Below the pieces are notes generated by a model. That model was not told where the DNA came from, did not search any database, and saw only the letters and a list, made by a program, of their open reading frames with translations. Position numbers and translations under genes: made by a program. This document shows, in pieces, positions 43,373-53,669 of a stretch of 64,000 bases of DNA (its first letter is position 1; each line of letters starts with the position of its first letter). Source of the DNA: Thermoproteota archaeon (GTDB taxonomy: Archaea; Thermoproteota; Thermoprotei; Gearchaeales; Gearchaeaceae); the NCBI GenBank assembly GCA_041640715.1, contig JBEPZU010000001.1, positions 10,535 to 74,534 on the forward strand, given 5' to 3'.

Positions 43373-44100
43373 CTGTAGAAAAGCATGCTAGGTTGCATTT
43401 CAATAGGCTTAGCTTTTTTTCTGATTTCTTTTATCTGAGTTTCTAAATTTTCTAGTTCTCTAACCAAAGGTTCTACTTCAGTAGCTATGTTTGGGAACAA
43501 TCTATTTATTGTATTCAAGACATTGCTTATTATTTTGAAGCTTGGTTGTTGAGGATCGATCTCAATTAGCAAACAATAGGTATCTATATTGAGCCATCTG
43601 CATTCATCCAATATCACAGCAGGCAATCCTATCAACATACCGTACTCGAATTGTTGTATTCCTTTCTCCTTCAAAAGAGCTCTTGCTTCATCTGTACTTC
43701 CGATACCATATATTTCGAGATTTTCTTTGCTAGCCTCTACAAATACTTCATCTACCATCACTATGCTATGTATATCGTTTTTTTCAGCCCATTCACATAA
43801 GACTTTGCCGATGATTCGAGAGAGTAGGGGATGAGGTGCAAATTCTGCTGTTACCACTGCAAACTTAAGTTTTTCATCCGCATGAATTCTAGCAGGAAAT
43901 TTGGGTTTACCTTTGTAAATGAAAGTCACTGGAGGGAACAACTCTGAATAGATATAAGCCATCGAATCTAAATTGAATTTACTTATATAATAGTTCGCCA
44001 GAATCAAGTTCATGAAGCCTCCTGAGGGTATTCCTATAAACAAAATTCCTTCCTTTAAATTTATTTTTTTGTATTCTCTTATCTCTATTTTACCATTCAT
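43369..44100 (-). CDS. PAC2-family (proteasome assembly chaperone-like) protein
   Basis: 243 aa; size and composition typical of archaeal COG1938/PAC2 proteins; weak assignment. Confidence 0.4.
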   Translation of the reverse strand: MNGKIEIREYKKINLKEGILFIGIPSGGFMNLILANYYISKFNLDSMAYIYSELFPPVTFIYKGKPKFPARIHADEKLKFAVVTAEFAPHPLLSRIIGKVLCEWAEKNDIHSIVMVDEVFVEASKENLEIYGIGSTDEARALLKEKGIQQFEYGMLIGLPAVILDECRWLNIDTYCLLIEIDPQQPSFKIISNVLNTINRLFPNIATEVEPLVRELENLETQIKEIRKKAKPIEMQPSMLFYS

Positions 44101-44147
44101 ATAAAAATAATAACAGCTGTTTTTATTTATTTTATTTGTATATTAAT

Positions 44148-44221
44148 GGGCCAGTCGTCTAGCGGATTATGACGTAGGCCTGCGGAGCCTAAGGTCGTGG
44201 GTTCAAATCCCACCTGGCCCA
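44148..44221 (+). tRNA. tRNA-Arg (anticodon GCG)
   Basis: GGGCCAGTCGTCTAGCGGATTATGACGTAGGCCTGCGGAGCCTAAGGTCGTGGGTTCAAATCCCACCTGGCCCA; anticodon loop CTGCGGA. Confidence 0.85.
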
Positions 44222-44256
44222 TTAAATTTTTAATTATTGTTAGATGATAATTATCA

Positions 44257-44712
44257 ATGAAAATAGTTAAAGTAGAAAAAAGTGCTTGGGAATCGTTTTT
44301 AGAGTTATTGAGCGATTTGGAGAATGAGAAATTGACCTACATGAACAGATTTCCAGAGCCTGTAGGGGAAGTTAGGTATAGAGATCTTCTTAAGAAATCC
44401 TTTATAGAGACGGGCAGATGCTTAGCCATAATATGGCTTTACTTTAATTCAGAGTTGAAAAAGACCTATTCTTTTCTGATAATGGCTGATCTTAAAGAAG
44501 GAGAACTTAAAGATATAACAAGCCTTCCAGGAAAGGTCAGCTCCATCGTTGTAGAGGAGTTCAAGGACGAAAAAATAATAAAAATATATAATGAATCTAG
44601 CTTTGCTAATGGTGATGAGATAATAAAGTATCTAGAAATTGTCGGCGACAAATATAGAAATAGAGAACTTTATGTTACTTTGAAAAACATCTTAAAAGAA
44701 GAGTTCGTTTGA
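44257..44712 (+). CDS. hypothetical protein
   Basis: 151 aa; 4-nt overlap with the downstream HAD gene. Confidence 0.4.
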   Translation: MKIVKVEKSAWESFLELLSDLENEKLTYMNRFPEPVGEVRYRDLLKKSFIETGRCLAIIWLYFNSELKKTYSFLIMADLKEGELKDITSLPGKVSSIVVEEFKDEKIIKIYNESSFANGDEIIKYLEIVGDKYRNRELYVTLKNILKEEFV

Positions 44713-45362
44713 TGAAAATAAGGGCATTGGCAACAGATATAGATGGTACAATAACTAAAATACCTAGCGCATGGAGATACGTTCATGAAAAACTAAATTT
44801 ATTAGATAAAGCGAGATATCATGCTGAACTTTACTACAAGGGATATATCTCTTATAAGAAGTGGGCAGAATTAGATGTGGCTCTATGGAAGGGAATAAGC
44901 AAGGATACCTTCTATAATATCTTTAATGAAGTAGAAATAAGAGAGGGATGTGTTGAGTTCTTTTCTTACTTGAAAGATATTGGAGTAAAAATAATAGCTA
45001 TTAGCGGAGGCTTGTTGCCATTACTAGAGATTTTATTAAAGAAGCTTCATTTCGACCGTTTCGTAGCTAATGAGATAATTTTTAACGAAGGGAAAGTCGT
45101 AGGAGATGTAAAGATAAGAATAACACCTCGAAATAAAGGTATTGTATTAATAAAAATCCTAAAGGAGTTGGGGATTAAGAAGGAGGAATGTCTGGGGATA
45201 GGCGATAGCGATTTAGATATACCTATGCTAAAAGTATGTGGGTATAAAATGGTTTTCAATCCTCAAAACATTAAACTCTTGGAAATAGCTGATGAAGTAA
45301 TATTTTCAGAAACCTTTTATGAAGTCTTTAAAAGAGTCAAGTCTCTTCTTACTTCTTCTTAA
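44709..45362 (+). CDS. HAD-superfamily phosphatase (phosphoserine phosphatase-like)
   Basis: 217 aa; DIDGT motif I, KD..G and GDSDLD. Confidence 0.7.
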   Translation: MMKIRALATDIDGTITKIPSAWRYVHEKLNLLDKARYHAELYYKGYISYKKWAELDVALWKGISKDTFYNIFNEVEIREGCVEFFSYLKDIGVKIIAISGGLLPLLEILLKKLHFDRFVANEIIFNEGKVVGDVKIRITPRNKGIVLIKILKELGIKKEECLGIGDSDLDIPMLKVCGYKMVFNPQNIKLLEIADEVIFSETFYEVFKRVKSLLTSS

Positions 45363-45855
45363 TAATTCTCGCTCTAGTCTTGACAGATAATTTAGAAGCT
45401 GCCCTTTTAAGTGCTATTTTAGCTATTTCTAAGGCTTCCTCCCCACATTCTAAATACATTATCCTATCTCCTTTCTTTACAATCGCCGCAGTACCGATAG
45501 GTTTTCCGAAAGATAATCTCATTCCTTCTTGTAGTCTATCGGCCCCTGCCATAGCCAACATTTTGTTTTCTCTGATTACGTGGAAGGGATATTTCAATAC
45601 TTTTAAATGATAATTATCTGCGCCTACTTTCTCTTCTATGGTTTTCGTGGCTATTATTCTTGAGGCATCTAGAGCATTATGTCTTATTAGTCCGTCTTCT
45701 AAAGCATAAAGCTCAAGTCTTAAAGGGAATTCTTTTTTAACATTTCCATAATCGAATTTGGTTATTTTTGGAGGTGGAAATCCTGCTATATACTCTTTTC
45801 TGGTATAAGGCATCGTATCTAGCTTACTGTAGCATCTACCCGGTCTCAAAGGCAT
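45349..45855 (-). CDS. rpl10e: ribosomal protein L10e (L16 family)
   Basis: 168 aa; N-terminal MPLRPGRCY. Confidence 0.92.
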   Translation of the reverse strand: MPLRPGRCYSKLDTMPYTRKEYIAGFPPPKITKFDYGNVKKEFPLRLELYALEDGLIRHNALDASRIIATKTIEEKVGADNYHLKVLKYPFHVIRENKMLAMAGADRLQEGMRLSFGKPIGTAAIVKKGDRIMYLECGEEALEIAKIALKRAASKLSVKTRARIIKKK

Positions 45856-45900
45856 ACCTTTTTATTAGATATTGTGACATATAAATTCATTGGGATATTC

Positions 45901-46590
45901 ATGAGGATTGTTTTAGTCGAACCTTCTTATGAAATCAACATAGGCTTTGTAGCTAGGGCGATGAAAAATTTTGGCTTTAAAGAACTATATATCGTAAAAC
46001 CAGAGAGTTTTGGAGATACTTCTATTAAATTCTCAGCCCATGCAGAAGATATTCTCAGGTCTGCAGTAATTTGTGATGATCTAGAAACTGCCATCAAGGA
46101 TGTTGACTTAGTAATAGGTACCACATCGAACATAGGAAGCGATAAGAATCTCAGGAGAATAGCTTTGCCTGTATACGAGATCAAACCTATAGTTAAGGGT
46201 AAGGTGGCAGTGCTTTTCGGTAATGAGAGGGTTGGTTTAAAGAACGATCAAATAGATCGATGCGATATCTTAGTTTATATCCCTACTTCTGATGACTATC
46301 CTTCACTTAATCTTTCTCACGCGGTTGCGATATTTTTGTATGAGATGAGAAGATATGAGAAATTGAGGACTATAAAATACGAGATCGCAGACAAAAACGA
46401 TAAAGAAATGATAATGAAATTCGTAGAGAGCTTTCTTAAGAAAAGCGGTCTAAGAGGTATTAAACTTGAACAAAGTTTGCTGGTTTTCAAGAGACTATTA
46501 GATAGATCATATTTGTCTAAACGTGAGGCCAAAACTTTGATAGGAGTTTTCTCAAGGATGAATAAAGTAGTGGAAACATGGTCAATTTAA
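45901..46590 (+). CDS. SpoU/TrmH-family RNA 2'-O-methyltransferase (aTrmJ-like)
   Basis: SPOUT motifs VLFGNERVGL and LNLSHAVAIFLYE; start set at MRIVLVEP (the ORF track starts at 45874). Confidence 0.7.
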   Translation: MRIVLVEPSYEINIGFVARAMKNFGFKELYIVKPESFGDTSIKFSAHAEDILRSAVICDDLETAIKDVDLVIGTTSNIGSDKNLRRIALPVYEIKPIVKGKVAVLFGNERVGLKNDQIDRCDILVYIPTSDDYPSLNLSHAVAIFLYEMRRYEKLRTIKYEIADKNDKEMIMKFVESFLKKSGLRGIKLEQSLLVFKRLLDRSYLSKREAKTLIGVFSRMNKVVETWSI

Positions 46591-47192
46591 AAAAGCAAAT
46601 AGCTATTTTATTGAGGGATGTAGAGAGAAAGGAAAATCCTAGGGCTGATCTAGAGCAGTACGAGTTAAATTCAGAAATTGCTTCTCAATTTGTTCATAAT
46701 TTAATATTAAATTATTCTGGCAATGAAATCTTAGATGCCGGTTGCGGTTCAGGTATTTTGACTTTGACCGCTTGTTTAGCGGGAATTGAGCGTGTAGTAG
46801 CCTTGGATATAGATAGAGAAGCGATTAGGAAATTAAAAGTAAATTCAGCTAAGATAGGCTGTAGCTGGAAGATCGATAGCATTGTCGCTGATTTCAAGAA
46901 TTTTTCTTTTAGCAGAAAAATTGGTGCCATTATGATGAATCCTCCCTTCGGTACAAAAAAGAGACATGCTGATAGAGATTTCTTAATAAAGGCCTTCGAG
47001 CTAAGCAATAAGGTTTTCTCCCTTCATAAGAAGGGGAACGATGATTTCTTCAGGAAATTAGCCTTGAATTTTGGTTTTAAAATGAAGATTTTGGATCGTT
47101 ACAAATTAATTCTAAAACCAACGATGCCTTTTCACAGGAAACTTAAGCATTATGTGGAAGCAATTCAATATTATTTCGAGAAAAATGAGTAA
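46578..47192 (+). CDS. class I SAM-dependent methyltransferase with NPPFG motif (COG2263/METTL5-like)
   Basis: 204 aa; DAGCGSG motif I and NPPFG motif IV. Confidence 0.75.
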   Translation: MVNLKKQIAILLRDVERKENPRADLEQYELNSEIASQFVHNLILNYSGNEILDAGCGSGILTLTACLAGIERVVALDIDREAIRKLKVNSAKIGCSWKIDSIVADFKNFSFSRKIGAIMMNPPFGTKKRHADRDFLIKAFELSNKVFSLHKKGNDDFFRKLALNFGFKMKILDRYKLILKPTMPFHRKLKHYVEAIQYYFEKNE

Positions 47193-47736
47193 GGATATTT
47201 ATCTTCCTGGGGATTTCATAACCGTAATAGAAGAATTCTTTCCAGGAGAAGGCATTTTTGAAGAAAAAGGAAAGCTGTATGCAAGCGCTGCAGGAATATT
47301 AAAAAGTGATCTTAAAGAGAGAAAACTTGATCTTGTATTTCTCAAGAAACCTAAATCCTTTTTGAAGAAAGGAGATGTCGTCATTGCAGAAGTTATAGAT
47401 ATAGGAAGGAATTTGGTAGAGCTTCTTATACGGTATAACGAGACTCAACAGGTAGAAGTAAATCTTAAGGGTTACTTGATTTTGACGAAAAGGGAAGATG
47501 AAGTAGCTTATGAATTCATAAAACCTTCTGATTTCATAAGAGCAAAGGTATTGAATATTGAAGGACATGTACTATTAAGCATCAAAGGAAAGGATTTCGG
47601 CATTATTTATGCAGAATGCCCCAATTGTGCTAACGCAATGGTCTATAACGAGAGCGATAAGAGTTTTCTTAAATGCAATAATTGCGGTCATGTAGTTAAG
47701 ACGAAAGTCAGCTCGCATTATTTAATAAAATCCTAG
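47185..47736 (+). CDS. csl4: exosome RNA-binding subunit Csl4 (S1 plus Zn-ribbon)
   Basis: S1 domain plus C-terminal CPNC..CNNCG ribbon; conserved methylase-csl4-rpoL neighbourhood; start chosen at the internal Met overlapping the upstream stop. Confidence 0.8.
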   Translation: MSKDIYLPGDFITVIEEFFPGEGIFEEKGKLYASAAGILKSDLKERKLDLVFLKKPKSFLKKGDVVIAEVIDIGRNLVELLIRYNETQQVEVNLKGYLILTKREDEVAYEFIKPSDFIRAKVLNIEGHVLLSIKGKDFGIIYAECPNCANAMVYNESDKSFLKCNNCGHVVKTKVSSHYLIKS

Positions 47737-47788
47737 ATTTATTTGAAAATTCAGACAAAATTATTAATTATAGCTCAGTAGAATAGTT

Positions 47789-48091
47789 ATGGTGGAATTC
47801 TTCATAAAAGAAAGATCAAAAAATTCAATAACACTAGTGTTCAGAGGGGTTGATATAGGTTTTTTGAATTTACTGAGTTATGAGCTTCTCCAAGATCCAC
47901 GTGTTCTCAACTCTTACGCAAGAAAACCGCACCTTTTGCTTGAAGATATCGAATTTTATGTCCTAGTTAGAGATGGTACAGACATAAAAGAATTGCTAAT
48001 AGAAAAGATAGGTGCTATAAAAGAGAGTTTTTTGACGTTCAAAAAGAAGTTTGAAGAAAAGCTCGGTGAAATTCATAAAGATAGAAGCTAG
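47789..48091 (+). CDS. rpoL: DNA-directed RNA polymerase subunit L (Rpb11 homolog)
   Basis: 100 aa; RpoL-like (HLLLEDIEFYVLVRDGTD), follows csl4. Confidence 0.8.
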   Translation: MVEFFIKERSKNSITLVFRGVDIGFLNLLSYELLQDPRVLNSYARKPHLLLEDIEFYVLVRDGTDIKELLIEKIGAIKESFLTFKKKFEEKLGEIHKDRS

Positions 48092-48455
48092 GATAGTTTT
48101 TATTTCGTTAAATAAATATAGAGAAAATATCGTCTCTACCATGTTCGTATATAGAGCTGGTTACATCGAAGATTTGGAATTTAGTAAGCTTGCCAACCCA
48201 GGTGAAATATTAGAATTGATTAGGAAATCTAAGCATTGGTCTCAGATAAGATATGTGGTGATATATTCTGAAGCAGTATCTTTAGAAGAGGAAAATTTAA
48301 AGAACTTCCCTAAACCTTTAATCCTTATTAATAGTGGATTGAAGCTCCATAATATACCAGAAGAAGATTTCAAAATTCTTAAAGAAAGAGGTTTCATAGA
48401 TGATGGTTTATATATAACCAAGACGATCTCTAAACTAATCAAGGTGTTAGGATGA
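48051..48455 (+). CDS. hypothetical protein (possibly starting at the internal Met at 48141)
   Basis: 134 aa ORF overlapping the rpoL 3' end; no recognised motif. Confidence 0.35.
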   Translation: MKKSSVKFIKIEARIVFISLNKYRENIVSTMFVYRAGYIEDLEFSKLANPGEILELIRKSKHWSQIRYVVIYSEAVSLEEENLKNFPKPLILINSGLKLHNIPEEDFKILKERGFIDDGLYITKTISKLIKVLG

Positions 48456-48784
48456 TAAAGTTCTGTCCTAAATGCGGTAATTTATTGAGACCTGGTAGGG
48501 GAGAAAAGAATAGGTTGATATGTAGATTTTGTGGTTACTCGGAACTCATGAATGAAGAAATGAGTTTAGAAGTTAAATTATCTAAACAAAATAAGTCTCC
48601 TAAAGAAATAATAGTAGATGAAGGACTCAAAGATCATGTTTTGCCTACAGCTGAAGTAATATGTCCTAAATGCGGTAATGAATTAGCGTATTGGTGGTTT
48701 ATGCAAACTAGAAGGGCAGATGAACCCCCCACAACTTTCTATCGCTGTACTAAATGCAACTATACTTGGAGAGATTATAGGTAA
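48452..48784 (+). CDS. tfs: transcription factor S (TFIIS-type cleavage factor)
   Basis: 110 aa; N-terminal Zn ribbon plus C-terminal ribbon with acidic hairpin QTRRADEPPTTFYRCTKC. Confidence 0.88.
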   Translation: MIKFCPKCGNLLRPGRGEKNRLICRFCGYSELMNEEMSLEVKLSKQNKSPKEIIVDEGLKDHVLPTAEVICPKCGNELAYWWFMQTRRADEPPTTFYRCTKCNYTWRDYR

Positions 48785-48812
48785 GTTTTTATGACTTTTA
48801 TTATTTAATAAT

Positions 48813-49568
48813 TTGAAGCTTATGTTAAGAATAGAATTTGAAGATGCAAAAAACTGGATTGACCTTCTAGATGCGGTAAGGGATATAATAGAAGAAGCAG
48901 TTTTCGTTGCTACTCAAGACGGTTTATCTTTGAGGGCAATGGATAGCGCTAGAGTAGCGATGATAGATCTTAAACTTCCCGTAATTTACTTCCCAGATTT
49001 CAAAGTTGAGGGAGAAAAAGTAAGTTTTGCTATATCTATTGCGGACATGATAAAGGCTTTCAGAGGGATTAAAAAAGGTTATAAACTAACAATGGAGTTA
49101 AGTGAAGAGAATACTCTAAGATTGAACTTATTAGGAAAAGGAAGGCATGTATTTGATTTCCCTCTTTTGGACATCTCTCCAGAATCAATTCCTGCTTTGA
49201 AGCTTAATTTTGAAGTCTTAGTAAAGATAGAGACCGATATCATTGGAAATGCCGTTAAAAATCTGGAAAAATTCAGCGACTATGTAGTTTTCAAAGCTAC
49301 TAAAGATAAGCTAGTACTATCTGGAAGGAGTGAGAAAGGAAAGGCTACATCTGAATTCCTCAAGGATGAATTAATTATGTTAGAGGTCACTAGAGAAAGC
49401 ATTTCAGGTTATTCTACTGAATATTTGTTGAATATACTAGGCAAAAGTGAATTATCCGAAATCACTATTCTTAGATTTGGAAACAGAATGCCGCTTGCAG
49501 TTACTTATCAACTCGCAGGAGAGGGCGAAATCTCCTATTACCTAGCACCTAGAACTGAAGTTGAATGA
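48813..49568 (+). CDS. pcn: DNA polymerase sliding clamp PCNA
   Basis: 251 aa, PCNA fold and length. Confidence 0.85.
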   Translation: MKLMLRIEFEDAKNWIDLLDAVRDIIEEAVFVATQDGLSLRAMDSARVAMIDLKLPVIYFPDFKVEGEKVSFAISIADMIKAFRGIKKGYKLTMELSEENTLRLNLLGKGRHVFDFPLLDISPESIPALKLNFEVLVKIETDIIGNAVKNLEKFSDYVVFKATKDKLVLSGRSEKGKATSEFLKDELIMLEVTRESISGYSTEYLLNILGKSELSEITILRFGNRMPLAVTYQLAGEGEISYYLAPRTEVE

Positions 49569-50572
49569 ATGTAGACATACAAGAGCTCTCTAAATATCCT
49601 TTTTTAGGAACCCTCAAAGAATTTTTAAGATTATCTGATTTTGACCTAAAAGAAATTCTTTTGAACAAAGAAAACATCTTCTTAAGATTTTCCATAGAGA
49701 AAATTAAGTCTTTGAATACGAACAACTATTTAACATTCCCTGATCCTGAAATTAATCTAAAGAGTTTTTTAGTATCGCTCTACTTAGCTTCTCAGCTAGG
49801 TAGCATTTATGTAGAGAAATTGGCTGAGAGGGAATCAAAAAGACTGAGTTCTGAGTTACAGAAAGAAAATATTCAAAAAATTTTAGAAATAGCTAGGGTA
49901 TTAGTTTCTGATAAAGTAAAATTTAAAGAGGTAAAAAGTAAAAAATCTTTCTCCTATATAGCTGTAGATATTAAAAGTTATTTGAAATATGCAGCTTATT
50001 TAGGAGATTACAATTGGGCATTATCTTTTCATGAAATAAGCAAAGGCGAGGTTCTACTCACAAAAAAGGAAATTATACGATTAGTCGAAGAAGCATATAG
50101 ACAATGGATAATAATGAAGTGCAACGAGCTACAGAGCTTTTACATAGCTGGAATAGAAGGGATAATCGAAGAAATTTATGAAAAAATACCTCCTCCTAAG
50201 AGATTCGTAGAAGAAAAGATTGAATATTCAGGAGTGGATCCTCCTTGTATGCGCAGATTGATTGCTGATCTCAAAAGTGGTAAGAAACTTTCACATATGG
50301 GGAATTTCACTCTTGCTTCTTATCTAAGGGCAATAGGTTATTCTGTAGAAAGAGCTTTAGAACTGTTTAAAAACCTTCCAGATTTCAAAGAAGAAATAGC
50401 TAGATATCAAATAGAACATATATACGGACTTCGAGGAGGAAGAAAAGTCTATTCTGTCCCTAGTTGTATAACGCTTAGAGCAGCTAATCTATGTTTCCCA
50501 GAATCGCCTGGTTGTGATGGAATAAAGCATCCTTTGCAATTCATTAAAAAAATGAAGAATGTTGGAAAATAA
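49565..50572 (+). CDS. priL: DNA primase large subunit PriL
   Basis: 335 aa; C-terminal Fe-S domain with 4 Cys and LSHMGNFTLASYLRAIG motif. Confidence 0.8.
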   Translation: MNVDIQELSKYPFLGTLKEFLRLSDFDLKEILLNKENIFLRFSIEKIKSLNTNNYLTFPDPEINLKSFLVSLYLASQLGSIYVEKLAERESKRLSSELQKENIQKILEIARVLVSDKVKFKEVKSKKSFSYIAVDIKSYLKYAAYLGDYNWALSFHEISKGEVLLTKKEIIRLVEEAYRQWIIMKCNELQSFYIAGIEGIIEEIYEKIPPPKRFVEEKIEYSGVDPPCMRRLIADLKSGKKLSHMGNFTLASYLRAIGYSVERALELFKNLPDFKEEIARYQIEHIYGLRGGRKVYSVPSCITLRAANLCFPESPGCDGIKHPLQFIKKMKNVGK

Positions 50573-51797
50573 ACTCATTAATCTTTTTAGGCATTATTAC
50601 GCAAACCTCAAAGAAGAAGACATAATAATAGATGATCTAGACAAAAGAGAGTTTGCATTCTGGAATTTCGACGAATCCACTATGAGACGGCATATATCTT
50701 TTTTAGATGGAAAGAGCTTGAAAGAATTTTTAATAAAAGTTCCTCCTAGGCATGCTTTTTACTCGATTAGCACCTATGAATATCCTTCTTCGACTAGTAT
50801 GGAATTAAAGAATATAATTCGAACAGATTTGGTTTTTGACATTGATATAGATCATATACCAACGCCTTGTAAATCTAATCATGATTATTGGGTTTGTAAA
50901 TCTTGTGGTAGTTCAGGAAAAGGGTTTTCTGAAAGGTGTAATTCATGTAATAGTAGCTCCATAGCTAAATTTAGCTTTGTTTGCAATGAATGTTTGGATT
51001 TTGCTAAAGAAGAAATTTTAAAGCTTATCGAAGATTTCTTATTCACAGATTTAGGCATCAATAAAGATGAGGTGAAAATATTCTTCTCGGGGAATAGGGG
51101 ATATCATGTACATGTGAAAAATGAAGAATTATCTTCTCTTGATTCAAGAGCTAGAAGTATGCTAGTAGATTATATAAAAGGTACTTCCTTCAGGCTCTAT
51201 TTCTTCGAATTCCTAAAAAAGAAGGGTAGATTACTGGGAATCAATTCTATGGGTTTCTTTTCAAGATTTGCTGAAAAATTATTCGAAGAAATCATGATCC
51301 TAAAAGAGGAGGATCTATACAAAGAAGGCATGAGTAGAGAAAAAGTTAGAGAAGTAATGGAAAAAAAGGAAAAAATACTCCAAGAACTTCAACAGCATGA
51401 CTTAAGCTATAGTTTCTTAAGATTATTAGGCAAAAAATCAAAAGAGTTGGTATATAAGAGCATTGCTGCTTCTTCTGTAGAAATAGATGAAAGGGTCACA
51501 GTAGATCTTCACAGATTGATCAGGATGCCTAACTCTTTGCATGGAAAGACCGCTCTAAGGGTTTTCCCTTTGAGTTATGAATCTTTGGATTCCTTCGAAC
51601 CTTTTAAGGATAGCATAGTGTTTAAGAAAGGTTATGGTAAGGTTTATTACAAAGAAAAAAGATGGTTCCCTAAGTTGGTTATGAATGGAGTTGAATATGA
51701 TCTAAATGAGTTGGAGAACAAGGAAATACCGCTTTATTTAGCTTTGTATCTTCATTTGAATGGCTACGCTGTAATGTATGAGCTCTCATATTATTAA
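50559..51797 (+). CDS. priS: DNA primase small (catalytic) subunit PriS
   Basis: 412 aa; DIDID catalytic motif, Zn-knuckle insertion, SGNRGYHVHV. Confidence 0.85.
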   Translation: MLENKLINLFRHYYANLKEEDIIIDDLDKREFAFWNFDESTMRRHISFLDGKSLKEFLIKVPPRHAFYSISTYEYPSSTSMELKNIIRTDLVFDIDIDHIPTPCKSNHDYWVCKSCGSSGKGFSERCNSCNSSSIAKFSFVCNECLDFAKEEILKLIEDFLFTDLGINKDEVKIFFSGNRGYHVHVKNEELSSLDSRARSMLVDYIKGTSFRLYFFEFLKKKGRLLGINSMGFFSRFAEKLFEEIMILKEEDLYKEGMSREKVREVMEKKEKILQELQQHDLSYSFLRLLGKKSKELVYKSIAASSVEIDERVTVDLHRLIRMPNSLHGKTALRVFPLSYESLDSFEPFKDSIVFKKGYGKVYYKEKRWFPKLVMNGVEYDLNELENKEIPLYLALYLHLNGYAVMYELSYY

Positions 51798-52254
51798 GAG
51801 GCTTTATAATAAGCTTTTGGAGGAGAAGTTAAATCAAACTTCCTTCTCTTCGAATAAGGATTTTTATGAAAGTATAGAAACAATTTCCAAGCCTATTTAT
51901 GAAGAAAGAAATTTAGAAGAACGAATAAAGAATTTGGAGATAAAATTAACTAAAGTATTAGCAAACGCTATTTTAAAACATAAACTGAAAAAAATCTCTA
52001 AGGTCTTCTCTTCTAGTCTTTTAAATTCTTATCATCTGAAGATTTTATCGTCTGTAGAGGCAAAGCTGAGTAGAAGGCTCTACGAGAATTTGCGTCTGGT
52101 AAGCATAGAAGAAAATATTCCTATAGTAATAGGAGAAGACGGTATAAGCTATGGTCCTTTAAAGAAAAGAGATATAGTTTATATATCTGAAGATTTCTCT
52201 TCTTTATTAATAAAGAAAAAACTAGCGAGGGTGCTGGTCGATGAAAGTACCTGA
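51778..52254 (+). CDS. putative GINS subunit (Gins15/Gins51-like)
   Basis: 158-aa helical protein directly downstream of priS and upstream of L44e-S27e-aIF2alpha, the position of gins15 in Sulfolobales; no direct motif support. Confidence 0.4.
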   Translation: MSSHIIKRLYNKLLEEKLNQTSFSSNKDFYESIETISKPIYEERNLEERIKNLEIKLTKVLANAILKHKLKKISKVFSSSLLNSYHLKILSSVEAKLSRRLYENLRLVSIEENIPIVIGEDGISYGPLKKRDIVYISEDFSSLLIKKKLARVLVDEST

Positions 52255-52522
52255 TAAGATAAGGACGTATTGTCCAAGATGCAATTCTCATACTGAGCAT
52301 AAGGTTGAACTTTATAAGACAGGTAAAAGGAGGACTCTTGCTCAAGGACAAAGAAGATACTTGAGGAAGAATTTAGGTTATGGCAGTAAGAGAACTGCTG
52401 AACAGAAACGTTTTGCTAAGACTACTAAGAAACAGACGCTTAAGCTAATTTGTGTCAAGTGTAAGTATATATCGCATAGGAAAGGAATAAGATTAAAGAA
52501 GCTGGAGATCATTAAGAAATGA
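52241..52522 (+). CDS. rpl44e: ribosomal protein L44e
   Basis: 93 aa; CPRC..CVKC zinc ribbon. Confidence 0.9.
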   Translation: MKVPDKIRTYCPRCNSHTEHKVELYKTGKRRTLAQGQRRYLRKNLGYGSKRTAEQKRFAKTTKKQTLKLICVKCKYISHRKGIRLKKLEIIKK

Positions 52523-52722
52523 TGGTCAAAAAAAGAAAGGAAATAATACCCAGACCTAAAAGTTGTTTTATTAAAATTAAATGTCCTAACTGTGGTGCTG
52601 AAAGGATAATCTTCGATTATACCACCACCCTGATAAAATGTAGAATCTGTAATGAAGTGCTTGCTCAACCTACAGGAGGAAAGGCTTTGATTAGAGGTAA
52701 GATAGTAGCCAAATATGGTTGA
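52519..52722 (+). CDS. rps27e: ribosomal protein S27e
   Basis: 67 aa; CPNCG..CRIC. Confidence 0.9.
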   Translation: MMVKKRKEIIPRPKSCFIKIKCPNCGAERIIFDYTTTLIKCRICNEVLAQPTGGKALIRGKIVAKYG

Positions 52723-53500
52723 TTTCCCTAAGCTTAACTCTCTAGTTATAGCCACTGCTAAAAAAGTCTTAGAACATGGTGCTTATTTCTATTTAGACGA
52801 GTACGGTGGCATAGAAGCTTATATGCCTATAGGCGAAGTATCAGCAAGCAGAGTAGTAAATATAGAAGACGTTATTAAAGAAGGTAAAAAGTATGTTTGT
52901 AAGGTTATTCGCGTAGACCCTTCTAGGGCTCATGTCGATATTTCTCTTAAAAAAGTGACAGAACAAGAAAGGAAATCTAAGATGATAGAATGGAAAAGGA
53001 ATCAAAGAGCCATCAAACTCATAGAACTCACGGCTGAAAGAGCGAAGATGAATAAAGATCAATTATTTAAAGTTTTATCTCAATATATAGGAAATGAATT
53101 TATTGATTATTTATCTATATTTGAAATGCCTATAAGGGAAGGTTATGAAGTTCTTGATAAATTAAACTTAGATAATAATATAAAATTAGCAATAATTGAA
53201 GTAGCAAAAGAACATATAAAAATTCCTATACCAGAATTAAAAGCAGAGATCGCTTTATTTACTTTAGCGAGAAACGGTATTAATATTATAAAGGAAATCC
53301 TAGCAGAGTCGTATAAAAATATAGCTGAAATTAAGGGTTTAAGAAAAGTAGAAATAACTTATATAGGTGCTAGCCGATTTTTAGTGAGTATTCAAGCAAA
53401 TAGTTTCAAAATAGCTGAACTTGCATTAGAAAAGTTTGAGAGTTCAGCTAAAGAAAATTCTAAGCGGTTAAATGTTAGTTTCTTTTTCAAGAGACTTTAA
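52715..53500 (+). CDS. eif2a: translation initiation factor 2 alpha subunit
   Basis: 261 aa; N-terminal S1 domain; L44e-S27e-aIF2alpha operon. Confidence 0.88.
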   Translation: MVDFPKLNSLVIATAKKVLEHGAYFYLDEYGGIEAYMPIGEVSASRVVNIEDVIKEGKKYVCKVIRVDPSRAHVDISLKKVTEQERKSKMIEWKRNQRAIKLIELTAERAKMNKDQLFKVLSQYIGNEFIDYLSIFEMPIREGYEVLDKLNLDNNIKLAIIEVAKEHIKIPIPELKAEIALFTLARNGINIIKEILAESYKNIAEIKGLRKVEITYIGASRFLVSIQANSFKIAELALEKFESSAKENSKRLNVSFFFKRL

Positions 53501-53669
53501 CTAATTCGCCTCTTCTCTTCCTTATAGTATAGAATTTTATTTCCCAGTATTTGTCCAAAGGAGAAAATTTAGGAGGATGAATATTTTTCAAGTCTTTAGA
53601 ATTGCAAATAGGGCAAGCTTCTTTTATTGTGTACCTATTACACTTTTCGCATTTTCTTATAGAGTTCAT
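53487..53669 (-). CDS. nop10: H/ACA RNP protein Nop10
   Basis: Minus-strand MNSIRKCEKCNRYTIKEACPICNSKDLKNIHPPKFSPLDKY matches the Nop10 zinc-ribbon and PP(R/K)FSP motifs; start taken at the internal Met of ORF 53487..53696. Confidence 0.85.
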   Translation of the reverse strand: MNSIRKCEKCNRYTIKEACPICNSKDLKNIHPPKFSPLDKYWEIKFYTIRKRRGELVKVS

